NCBI RefSeq assembly: GCF_000143415.4
Contig: NW_003314341.1
Span: forward strand, 522,394 to 586,393
From: Selaginella moellendorffii
Taxonomy: Eukaryota; Plantae; Lycopodiophyta
Length of the DNA: 64,000 nt
Direction: 5' to 3'
In this document: piece after piece, positions 38,862 through 50,240 of the stretch
How positions within the stretch are numbered: the stretch's first letter is position 1
How the letters are laid out: each line of letters begins with the position of its first letter
Notes under the pieces: model-generated
Database searches by the model: none
Told to the model about the DNA's origin: nothing
The model's input: only the letters and a program-made list of their open reading frames with translations
Program-made: the position numbers and the translations under genes

Positions 38862-41482
38862 GCAACTTTGGTAGAGAGTCGTTCCCGACATCTACTAGCC
38901 CTCCGGGGGAAGATCGGAGGTAGCTTTGTTAAGATCCTTATTGACACGGGTGCTTCGGATAATTTTGTGGCTGCAAACATATCCCGGCAAGCCGGACTAA
39001 TGGTGCAGTGGCTAGGTGAACCAAGGACTATAGAGTTTGTTCAAGGTAGCCAAAGCACTGATGAGGTACTTCGACAAGCGAGAGTCGAAGTAGGGACATG
39101 GAAAGTGGATATGGATTTCACCGTGTTAGACATGGCGGGATTTGACGTGATCTTCGGAATGGATTGGTTCAATCGGTTCGTGGTAGCCCTGTATGGACAA
39201 GGTAGAAACCTTGTGGTACTGGCGAATGCCCAAGGAAGAAGGTCCAGGGTGGAGGCCCAGGATCTAAAGGTAGAGCAAAGCAAGGCCAAAGAATCTTGCT
39301 TAAACCTGGTGTCCACGAGAGGACAACTGACTAAAGGAACTAAGGCAGCCTTTTTGTGCTTACTCTCGGTGAAGAGTGACAAAAAGACAGGAACAGAAGA
39401 AGTACCTTTAGTGATCCAGTGGGTGTTGGACCAATTCCAGGATACCATGCCGAAGGAGCTACTGGCAGGGCTGCCCCTAGCACGACTGATAGAACATAAG
39501 ATTGAGCTGGTCGAGGGTGCTGAGGCGGTGGTTCGTCCCCCTTATTGTTTGAACGAAAAAGAACTCAAGGAGCTCAAGTGCCAACTAGAGGAGTTGGTGG
39601 ACAAAGGGTATGTTAGGTTGAGCAAGTCGCCGTATGGGCGCCGGTGTTATTTGTGAAAAAGAAAGATGGATCTATGCGCATGTGCATAGACTACCGGTTG
39701 CTCAACAAGTATACAAAGAAGAACAAGTACCCTTTGCCAAGGATTGAGGACCTGTTTGATAGGCAAAATACTTCTCGAGGATTGACCTAAGGTCAGGATA
39801 CTACTAGATCAGGGTAGCCGAGGAAGATGTCGAGAAGACAACCTGTCGAATGAGGTATGGGAGCTTTGAGTTTCTGGTGATGCCCTTCGGGCTATGTAAT
39901 GTGTCGGCAACATTTTCGGTGCTGATGAACTACATCTTTGTACTCTATCTGGATCACTTCGTGGTCGTCTATATCGACGACATCCTGATCTATAGCGAGA
40001 CGCTAGAGGAGCATGCCGAACACTTGGCGAAGGTGTTTGAGAAACTAAGGGAACACAAACTGTATGCTAAAGAGAGCAAATGTGACTTTGCTCAACAAGA
40101 GGTAAAGTTTCTCGGGCATGTGGTGGGCCAGGACGGGCTCAAGGTGGACCCGGAGAAGGTCCAAGCGATCCAGGAATGGGAGCGACCATCGAATGTACAC
40201 AAGTTGAGGGCATTCCTGGGGCTACGCAACTACTATCGAAAGTTTATCAAACACTATTCGAGAGTAGCCCTGCCCTTAACGAACCAAACAGGAAAAGGGA
40301 AGATGGTATGGACAGCGGAATGCAAGGCGGCATTCGTCCACCTCAAAGGGAAGTTGAGGAAGGCTCCCGTATTGGGATTACTAGACTTTGGTAAGGACTT
40401 TGAGGTAGAAACGGATGCTTCAGACTTTGCGTTGGGCACAGTTTTGAAGCAAGACAACCATCCGGTAGCGTTCTTCTCGAAAAAGTTGGACAAGGCTCAA
40501 CGGAAGTGGCTTGCCCACGAGAAGGAATTGTTTGCGGTGGTCAGGGCACTCAAGGAGTAGTGACACTACCTTGGGAGACACTTTAAGGTTTATACGGAGA
40601 ATGTGGCAACGAAACACTTCTTGTCACAGCCCGACTTGAGAGGGAAACAAGGTCGGTGGGCCAATGCCTTGGCCGAGTTTGATTGCGAAATTCTGTACAA
40701 GCCTAGAAAGAGCAACATCGTGGCAGATGCGCTAAGTCGAAAAGCGAGCTTGAGGTTGGCAATATCCAGCACAACAGCAACCTTCTGGGACGATGTGCGG
40801 ACAGCATATGAGAACGATGGTCTAGCACAAGAAGTGTTGCTGAGGAATCTAGAGGCACTGGAAGCTCACCAGAGAGGTGAGCTACCAAAGGAAGAGAAAA
40901 CGGGCTATGCGGAACACAACGGACTCATCTATTACAAGAAAACAAGGGTGTATGTTCTAGAAGGGGAACTAAGGAAGGTAGCCTTAGAAGAGTGTCATGA
41001 CGGACCTCTTGTGGGACACGGCGGAGTGCCCAAGACGATGGGCTTACTCAAGAGGAAGTACCATTGGCCAGATATGGCTAAGGACGTCCAAGACTATGTA
41101 AAGACATGTCTAACATGTCAGCAGGTAAAAGCCGTGACTAAGGCTAGTGGGGGCTTGTTGCAAAGCATCCCAATTCCAGATCGTCCGTGGAAATGTCTTA
41201 CGATGGACTTCATCATGGGACTCCCTCCAAGCGAGGGGTTTGATGCGATATTCGTGGTGGTGGACCAATTTTCGAAAATGGCACATTTCATACCCACCAC
41301 AACGGAGGTGGATGCGGAAGGTGTGGCAAAGCTATTCTTCGAACAAGTGGTTCGAGTGCGGGGAAGACTAGAAGAGATCATCTCAGATCGAGATAAGATC
41401 TTCACCAGTAGGTTCTGGAGGACTCTCCTGGAACAGTATCGCACCAAGTTGAAATTCAGCACAGCCTATCACCCACAGACAG

Positions 41483-41529
41483 GTATGGGGTATTAAGTCA
41501 AGTTTGGTGGCACTGACACTTCTTGATAG
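41483..41529 (+). other. Spliceosomal-type intron (47 nt) within the integrase core
   Basis: AG|GTATGG...CACTGAC...GATAG|AC. Removal restores STAYHPQTDGQTERVN in frame. Confidence 0.8.
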
Positions 41530-41947
41530 ACGGACAAACGGAAAGGGTGAATAGGTAGCTAGAGGATTATTTGCGATGCTATGTCTCGGGAGACCAGACC
41601 GATTGGGTAAGTCATTTGGGACTTGCAGAAATGTGTTATAACAACTCACCACATTCGAGTATCGGGGTGAGTCCATGGGAAGTCATCAATGGGTGAGCTA
41701 TTGAAGGTCCCGTGGAACTCGGCGTGGCCGAGTATCACGGAGAGTTACCTGCAGTGGAGGCATTCACGGTGGAAAGACTCAACATCTGGAATCTAGTGAG
41801 GGATTCCTTGGAACGAGCTCAACAAAGGCAAACCAAGTACGCGAACCAGAAGTGTCGGGACATAAAGTTCCAAGCTGGGGAGAAGGTGTGGCTGAACACC
41901 AAGAACCTCAGGCTACCAAGTGGGATCAGCCGGAAGTTGACCCAAAG

Positions 41948-41999
41948 GTAAAAATGCATGTATTCCTGTAAATGAATTGATCTTGAGTTCCTTAAGCAG
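41948..41999 (+). other. Spliceosomal-type intron (52 nt) before the integrase GPY motif
   Basis: AAG|GTAAAA...TTAAGCAG|GT. Removal restores SRKLTQRFAGPYEIE in frame. Confidence 0.8.
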
Positions 42000-44900
42000 G
42001 TTCGCGGGGCCTTACGAGATTGAGGCACGAATCGGTAAAGTGGCTTACCGACTCCGACTTCCTCGAGAGATGGGGAAGATGCACCCAGTGTTCCACGTGA
42101 ACTTACTCAAGCCGTACTTTGAGGATCCGCTTCGCAAGGACCAAGTAAGACCTTTACCTGAGGTTATCCAAGGGGAAGAGGAATACGAAGTCGAGGCCAT
42201 CCTCAATGCGCGCAAGAGCAAGCGACAAGGACACGAGGTGAGAGAGTTCCATGTGAAGTGGAAAGGATTTCCACACTGCGAAGCAACATGGGAACCGGAG
42301 GAGAACCTAGCAAACGCGCAAGATTTAGTGGAGGAATTTCTACAAGGCAAAACTCTATGTACTTATGCAAAGTTCAATTAAAAATATCAACTTGCAAAGC
42401 TGAGCAAGTGGCATATGTTGGGACCCGAAGGCGCGCCGAAGGTAAGCTAATTAGCATGGGTTGGATAGGTCGACCAGGCGTAGGGCACTACGCCCGACTC
42501 CCCGCGGGGATGTCTAACCCGTAGACGTATTCTATGGAGGTTGGGTTCGAGTCCCAACCCTCTAGTAAAGCAAGGCTGGATTCAAGTCCCGACCCCATAC
42601 TAGGGCGTGGTGAGGTGAGGGGTATAAGGACACCTATATTCCGTTGTCATGGGCTCTTGGCCGGGGAGGCTAACTTAGGCACACCGTTAAGTGGGGGGAT
42701 GCCCCCGGAGACATGGTCAACAAGTCGTAGGATAAAAGAGACGTTCGATGTGGGCATCGAACTTCTTCTATGGGTGGTGGAGTTGTAAGGAACTGACTCC
42801 CCGAGATGTCGTAGGCTAAAGGATCCCCAAAAACTTGACCAAAATGACAAAGAGTTCATCGAATGGGACCGAGTCGAAGATTGAGTCCAAGACCGACTCT
42901 GAGACCGAGTTCGAGATAGAGTCCGAGATCGAGCCGAGGCCGAATCGAAGACCAAGATCGAGACCGAGTTCAAGACCGAGTTCGAGACGGAGTTCAAGAT
43001 CCAAATCGGGTCCGAGACCGAGTCCGAAGTCGAGTCCGAAGTCGAGTCCGAGATCGAGTCCGAGATCGAGTCCGAGACCGAATCCGAAGTCGGGTCCGAG
43101 ATCGAGTCCGAGATCGATTTTGAGACTAAGTCCACATACTAATATAGCTCAAGGGGTGAAAGCCCAAAGCGTGTGTCTCCGGGGGGGGGGGGTTGCAGGG
43201 GGTTCCAAAAGTATAGTAGGGATAGTGAGGTCCAGGAACCAGTCTTGAAGGAACTCTCCAATGGTGCTTCCAAACTGACTTGAGGTTGAGACTGGGGCCG
43301 AGGGGCCTTGGGTGGGAGTGAGCATGGGCTTGAGTGGTGCCGGAGGGGCCACCCAGGGAAGTGCTCAAGAGCAGCTCCCACTCCCGAAAGGGAAACCGAC
43401 TGCAGTGCTCCTGGCTCATGTGGAGTGGTGCCCCACTTGAGTACTTTGTGGCTCATTGGTCCTCGCCCTTCCTAGGGGCTTGGGCCTTCCCTTCGAGATG
43501 GAAGTGGGGGGTAGAGGTACCCATACCGGGCTGTTAGGCCACGGTGTTTAGCCCCGACGTCCCGAAGCAAGTGCTGCACCCAAGGCTTGGGATTTAGAGG
43601 GTCCCATGATCAAGTCTTGTGGTACCAAGGGGTGTTAGGAATCTGGAAGCTTGGTGTGCTTGGCTGCTTGTGCCTGCGGGGAGTGTAGCCGAACCTTAAG
43701 TCCAGTCTAACCCGGGGAGGGGGATTGGGAGAGATTTGGGAATCCGTAAATGGAGGGCTAACACTCCGTTGCTCGTGCAGTGAGTAGCTGAAACCAAGTA
43801 GGACCAAGTAGGAGCTGGTACCATAGGCGAGAACCTTGGCGAGGGAACTTAGCACAAGCCAAGGCAGAGTTGGTCGGATAGACGAGGTAAGCTGGCAAAT
43901 TGGAAAGGAAAAATTTGTGGCTTACAATATGGAGGCCCATATATAGTAAGGGTAATCCCGGTGTGTGGGATTATAAGGTGAGCATGCCCAGATTGAGGAA
44001 CCACTCCCTAAGCTATTGGATAGGTTCATCCCTATGAATACTTGCTAAGGCATGGTAAAATGTGGAAAGCTATCCTCCTAGTCTGGAGAAGAATAACCAA
44101 AAGAAACATATGGGGCCAAAAGGCAAGTAGTATTGGGATGGAACTGAACCATAGAAATCGAAGGCCATAACCAACGGTGGTTATACAAGTTGAGAGTGGA
44201 GAATCAAGAGGGTGCTCAAGGATGTTGTTACTAGCAACTACGGTGCCATTGAGAGTCTAAAATGTCGAATTATCCATATTGGACCATATAGTGAGTAAGG
44301 AGCTTGCAAAGGAGAAGCCTTAGGAAGCTAAGGAACAGAGTTCCTTGAAGGTTCCCGAAGACAATTCTATGTAGATAAGTACCTAGAAAGCCAAGTGTAA
44401 ATGGTTCTTAGAGCACACGAAATCAGAGTGGCACAGCAGAAGCGTGGTCTTAAAGCTGGCTATGAGGCGAGGCTATCAAGGTTGGGGAAGTAGTTCCCGA
44501 GTGTTCAAAGAGAGGGCTTTGAACAAAAGTCAATGGTTAAGGACTTTCACGCTTATGCATGAACCATGTTACGGTGGCCGGATGACTTGCTAAGTGTGAT
44601 TGGCGAGTCAAGGGAATAAATCCCCTAGTTGAAGGTGCTAACTTCAAAAGGGGTGGCCCATGGGGCCGAGCATGGAGGAGTCCATGCATGATCACAGACT
44701 TGTCAAGCGAGAGGACTTAGCAATGCAGAGGAACTAGGTTCTTAAGCTGTGATCTATAGCGCACTTTAAATACATGTTGGTGCACCGGCGTGGGGAGTCA
44801 CGCCAAGCATCCTATGCGATGCCATCCATAGATGCATATATAGAGGTTGGGTTCAAGTCTCGACCCTCTAGTGCTTGGGTTCGAGTCCCAAATCACTAGG

Positions 44901-47900
44901 GCGTGGTGATGGTTTGGAATATGAGGACACTCATATTTCGGTGGTCATGGACTCTTAGTGGGGAGACTGGCTTGGGCACACCGCCAAGCAGGGGGATGCT
45001 TCGGAGTTATGATGCATGGTTAGATTGCTTAGAGTGAAAACTCGGCATATCTAACTTAAACACTTTGGTGCAAAAGGCATCAAGAACGTGGTGAATGAGA
45101 TGAGGACACCCAATCTCAGTTGCTATGGATCCTTGGCCGGAAGGGCTGGCTTAGGCACACCGCCAAGTGTGGGGGATGCCCTCAGGGTCATAGTCAACAA
45201 TTTAAAGGGGTCTGGAAGACCTTAGTGGTAGACTTATTAAGGGGTTAAGATATGGTCACTAGGTGATTGTGTGGCTAACCAAGGACAAGGTCTTTGTTTG
45301 GGTTAAAGAATATGATTCCTAGTTCAAAGTGTTGATTTAAACTATTGATAATGGTGTGGCTTGGTCAAGGTGACCAAGTGGGAAGGACACCTAAAGGGAA
45401 ATCAATTGTGCCAATACGATGGTATAGTAAGTCTAAGAAAGTAGTCTCTAGGAGCGATCCATGGGATGGTCGCAAAGTTGGGCTGTGGACAGAGCCCGTA
45501 GCAGAAAATGCTAAAGAGACGTACTAGGGGTGAACACCTTTGAACTTGGCAAAACAAAGTCTTTGCAATTGAACCAAAAGGATACCTCGAGAATGGAGGT
45601 AGTGATTCGATATTGCTAGGTGCAACAATCAAGAATAGGAGCAAAAGACTAGTGGCTAAGAAAAGAGCCATGGGAATAATGGGAAAGAATCCGAAAAACA
45701 AAGTTAGGCCAAGAACACTAATATGTTGAGTGCTAACAAATTGTGGGAAATGCAATGTGTTTCCAAGGATGGATTCCTAATTGTTCCGATTTGGCGAAAG
45801 TGGAAGCTCCAAGGGAGGTAGAGGTAAGGTAGCCAAATGATAGGGCCATAGCCAGCCCTAGCACAAATTATGATAACTGGAACTTAGTGCTTAAGGTGGC
45901 ACAAAATAGAAAAGAGGATGATGGTGCCCCCAAGTAAGGAACTTCCTAGGATGGGGAAGTGGAGTTGCACAATACGTGCAAAGCAAGGTGTTGGAGACAC
46001 CTAGGATATTGACTTTGAGAAATCAAAAGTAAAAGTTCCAAAGTACAAAGGTCATATCGATGGAAACTGAGACTACTCAAGATGGAATAGTGGGATTGAG
46101 ATAGAGACGGTGTCTCTAACAGATTTAACGAAAACTAAATCAATAAAAAGAGAGAACCACCACAAGTGGTTCAATCAGTCTCTAAGTTGAAGAGACTGTC
46201 CTCCTTAAAGGATGGGCAAGGCATGGTGAGCCTTCGGTATCAAACCATTGACGAATATTGGCGAGGTGCCAAGAATGGAAAGAGTAATACATGTTAGTGT
46301 TACTTTATAAAATAGTTTATTGTTCGATGAGGACATCGAACTTCGTCTATGGGTGGTGGAGTTGTGAGACACAAAATCCCTAGGCCCCAAAGTGGAGCCG
46401 AAAGGGTGCCATGAGGTAGTGGCCGAAGCAAAAGTCAAACGAAATGTAACACGCTTGGACCAAAAGCTTCGACTTGAAAGGTCGAGAGCAGGAGTGGAAC
46501 TCCCAACAAAGTGCTCGAGGAACAAGCACGAAGCGAGCAATAAGCAAGGCTCCAAAAAAGGACCCAAAAGGACTAACATATAACACGTGGAAGTGTCTGA
46601 GATGGAGTCCGAGATGGATCCGAGATGGACCTAAGATGGAGTCTGAGATGGACCGAGATGGAGTCCGAGATGGACCTGAGATGGAGTCCGAGATGGAATC
46701 CGAGATGGACCCGAGATGGAATCCGAGATGGAGTCCGAGAAGGACCCGAGATGGAGTCTGAAATCGAGATCGAGACCAAGACCGGGACTGAGACCGAGAC
46801 CAAGGCCGAGCCCGAGACCGAGCCTGAGCTCGAGCCCGAGTCTGAGTCCGAGTCCGAGTCCGAGTCCGAGTCCAAGTTCGAGTCTGAGAGGGTGAAAGCC
46901 CAAAGCGTTCGTCTCCCAGACCCTAGGGGGTTTGGTGAGCTCTAAAAGTATAGTAGGGGGAGGACTCTAGTGGAGCCAGTTTGGCCAGGAAAGGCCAATT
47001 TGGACCAAGAAGGCTGCACCCAAGTGTTGGGTAATGGGATAACCATTGGGAAGTCCAAGACTAGAGTGAATACGGACTAGCAAGTAGGGTAGCTAGGTGA
47101 AGTGTTCAAGAGCTGACTCTAGTTCCCCTGGGAGATTGAATGGTTGATGCTCCCAGTCCAAGTGTGGGTGGCACTACCTACTTGGATACCTAGCATGGCT
47201 CAATGGAACCTCACTCTAAGCCCATGGCTAGAGCACCAAAAGGCGGAAGGTGGGGAAAGTACCCATGAAGCTTGCGTAAGGCCACGGTGTTCCGAAATGT
47301 GGTCCCAAAGTCCTAAACTGATCAATGATACGGTCATGTGTTGAGGAAGTCCCAGAGGATAGTGGGACTTAGTGGTCAGGCCTAAGGGCCCTGCCTCAGT
47401 GGCAGTGTTGGCCAACACGGTCATGGGTAGAAAAGGGACTTGGTGGGGATTACAAAAGGGATATTGGGGAAGGCTGTTCCCCATATTTGCGGGCATCTTA
47501 AGGATGCTAAAGAGTGGATCTTGGATGGTCACTCCTGGATAGATGGCCCAGTCCTTGAGAGACAGGACTGCGATGCAGGTGGTGTTGGACCACTGGGCGA
47601 CTAAGGTGAAGGGGTATGGCCTTAGCGTAACAGGCTAGTATGTTGGTGGTACCTTGGGGTGTCGGTCTTGGCACCGGACACGTGGAGCACTTGGACCAAA
47701 TGCAACAGTTGAGTGGCACGGATGTCATTCTTAGGGCTAGTAAGTCCCCAAGTCCGGAATAGGACTTATGGAAGTTGTGAATGAAACTCCTCCAAGTGGT
47801 CAAAGGTGTGGTTAAATGACTAAAGTAGAATGGAAAATTTAGTCGCTTACATATATGTCACAAGGGTTTGGTGCTTCACTATATAAACTCTTATATGGCC

Positions 47901-48816
47901 ATGATCTAATATTATTGACGGAGTTAAGTTTATCTTCACGATTGCCACGAGCTGCCAATATTAGGTCTTGGGATTAGTATTTGATGAGCATTCTTCCACT
48001 TGTCCGAACAAAATTTGTTAAATATTTAAGCCATATATAAGTGGGATAACAATGGCATTATAATTCCCATCATCATCCATTGGGTTACAGTGGCTAAAAT
48101 ACTTCATACAAAGGGATTAAGAATAACTAATACTACCTATAAATCCATTGATACCTTCTCTTAATGTTCCTCCCATCTATGAAAGAACTTTGATAGTCTA
48201 TCATCATTTTGAGAAGAGGGAATGATGTGAGGTTCAAGTATATAATTACAATGGTTTTTGGGCTAATTAATATGCATATTTTCTATATTCCTTTTCTATA
48301 TTCCATGCACTCACATTAATTGAATATGCAATATTAGAAGTAGGAGAAAAAGTTTTGGGATCTTGATAAGGAAGGATTCCCAGGGAGGAAGTGGACAATT
48401 TTCGGACTGCTGTCCATTGCATCAAACGGAGATCAGGCACTAATTGACATGGTAGGGGACAAGCTGTCGTTCCAGGCCTTGGCTAATGCCACTGGCTTAT
48501 TACTCATTCCATATGTCACCACCTTTGTCTCTTGCTGCTTCTGTGACCCAATGCAATTTGTGGGGCTCCCCACTCAGCTGCCCTGTGCCAGCCCTGCCCA
48601 TCACTCACCCACTGCTATTTACTTTGGCCTCAAGCACTACAATGGTGGAATGGTGGAGGGTGTGAGTAGAGAGCAAAGAAATTTAAAGAGTGTATGTGTA
48701 TGTCCAAGTCCTGCGCCCTGCCTAGGCTATGTGCCTGCCTTGAGAGGCAAAGAGCGAACTCCTTAAATTCATAACTCCTGATACTTTGGTTTTTATATAG
48801 TCTACCTTGGAGATAG

Positions 48817-50122
48817 ATGATGCTAGGAACAACACGGCTCCCATCGGGGCTCTCCCAGTCTCCCACGCCTTCTTCCTGCGGAGCCCAGCTCCTGCGATCG
48901 GTGTCGAATGTAGGAAGCCTCAGCAAGATGCTCGAGAGAGGGCAGCAGCTCCCGGAAGCTTATCGCTGGAGCTCGAGCGAGACGGCAGCAGCGGAGGATG
49001 ATCCGGCGGAGCTGGAGGACGAGGTGGTGGTGCCTGTGATCGACCTGGCGGAGCTGGATCGATCCGATGAGAGGCGCAAGGAGATATGCGAGGAGATGAG
49101 ATCCGCCTGCCGCGAGTGGGGAGCGTTCCAGGTGGTGAATCACGGCGTGCCTGACCAAGTTGTGGAGCGAGCGCGGAGGACGAGCCTCGACTTGTTTGCT
49201 CTCCCCGAGTCGGACAAGCTCCGGGCCGAGAGACCACCCGGGACTCTCTTCGGCTACGGCGCCACCAGAATGGCCTCCTTCTTCAACCGGCTAATGTGGT
49301 CCGAGGCCTTCACCATGATGGGCTCTCCGCACAACAATTTCGAGGCCTACGCTCGCAAGCTCTGCGTCCACAGCGAGCAAGATTTCTGGTAAGAACAAGG
49401 AAGTTAACAAAGAACAGACTTCCATTTCTCTGCTCTTACCTTTCGCGTACCAACAAACGACGACGTCTTTTTCATGCTCTCACGGTTTTTGTCTCTGTCC
49501 TTGGCAGCAAGTCGTTTGAAGAGTACGATAAGGCGATGCGCGGCCTGGCCCTGCTCATCACCGACCTCATCCTCCACGGCCTGGAAGCAAGCGAGGAGCG
49601 AATTCACCAACATATCCGGAACTTCTGGGGGATGATCCACATGAACTTCTATCCCCCCTGTCCCAGCCCCTCGGAAGCAATGGGTCTCGCGTCCCACACC
49701 GATTCCAGCTGCCTCACCATCATGCACCAAGGCAGCGTCGGAGGCTTGCAAGTGAAAAGAGGTGACAAGTGGATCGCCATCAAGCCTGTTCCCGGTGCCT
49801 TTGTCATCCAAGTCGGTGACATGCTTCAGGTATCCTGGAATCTCATCCAGTTTTTCCAGCCTCTGACAGTGCTTTGCCTTGCCTTGCCTTTCTACAGTTG
49901 ATGAGCAACAACGTCTTCCACAGTGCCTTGCACAGAGCTCTCGTTAACGAACGCTTCGAACGTCTCTCGCTGGTTTACTTCTTCACCCCGCCTCCCACGG
50001 TTTCCATTTGCCCCATCCATCCCAGCAAACCTCTTTACCGCTGCCTCACTTGGAACGAGTATCTACAAGTAAAAGCCAAGCTTTTCATGGGTGCGCTGGA
50101 TCACTTCCTGTTACCTGAATAA
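48817..50122 (+). CDS. GA3ox: 2-oxoglutarate/Fe(II) dioxygenase, gibberellin 3-oxidase-like, 3 exons
   Basis: VPVIDL, WGAFQVVNHGV, GYG..RMASFFNRLMWSEAFT (GA3ox-type), HTD...H iron ligands and RLS motif. Introns at ~49389-49507 and 49830-49897. Confidence 0.85.
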
Positions 50123-50240
50123 AGAAAACACACAAGTGTCTCTCATGAGCTCCGTAGACAGTAAAGAAACGACGGCAGCTCACCGGTTGGTTAAAATTTT
50201 GATACCCACAATACCAACAAAAAGCACATGTGTACAGATC

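Larger units (their letters stand above)
38868..42381 (+). pseudogene. Chromovirus pol (PR-RT-RNase H-IN-chromodomain) with frameshifts/stops and two intron-like insertions
   Basis: ILIDTGASDNF, YIDDILIYS, ETDASDFA, HHCC, TMDFIMGLP, ISDRD, HPQT/DGQTER, FAGPYEI and YEVEAIL...VKWKGFPHCEATWEPEENL. Confidence 0.93.
36436..43926 (+). mobile_element. Full-length Ty3/gypsy chromovirus (family B); LTRs 36436-37560 and 42784-43926
   Basis: Near-identical TGTAAGG...GCTTACA LTRs, perfect TSD ATATG, PBS TGGTATCGGAGCC at 37564-37576, PPT at 42770-42783, and gag-PR-RT-RH-IN-chromodomain order. Confidence 0.96.
33142..47851 (+). mobile_element. Non-autonomous LARD-like LTR element (family A); LTRs 33142-34808 and 46363-47851
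   Basis: TG...CA LTRs, PBS TGGTATCGGAG at 34812-34822, PPT ATGGGTGGTGGAGT at 46349-46362. Target duplication CATAT/TATAT (one mismatch). About 4 kb of internal DNA with no gag/pol motifs. Confidence 0.88.
29103..48315 (+). mobile_element. Old degenerate Ty3/gypsy element (family C), split by the family-A insertion
   Basis: LTR ends at 29266, then PBS TGGTGGAGGTG. Decayed gag lies at 29420-30450. RT (FTKLDFTFGYWQV, MPFGLINALATFQ), RNase H and integrase run to 33141 and resume at 47857 (SLYKLLYGHD). PPT GAGAAGAGGG and a shortened 3' LTR at 48226-48315. Confidence 0.82.

Noticed and set aside
39640-39775. Frameshifts at the start of chromovirus RT as programmed recoding or introns
   Set aside because: They are deletions relative to the SPYGAPVLFV and DLFDxLxGAKYFS consensus, i.e. 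post-insertion decay, unlike the GT-AG insertions in integrase.
33142-47851. Retrozyme (hammerhead ribozyme-containing LTR element)
   Set aside because: No CTGATGA...GAAA core with flanking stems was seen in the LTRs by eye; an Infernal search would be needed to exclude it fully.
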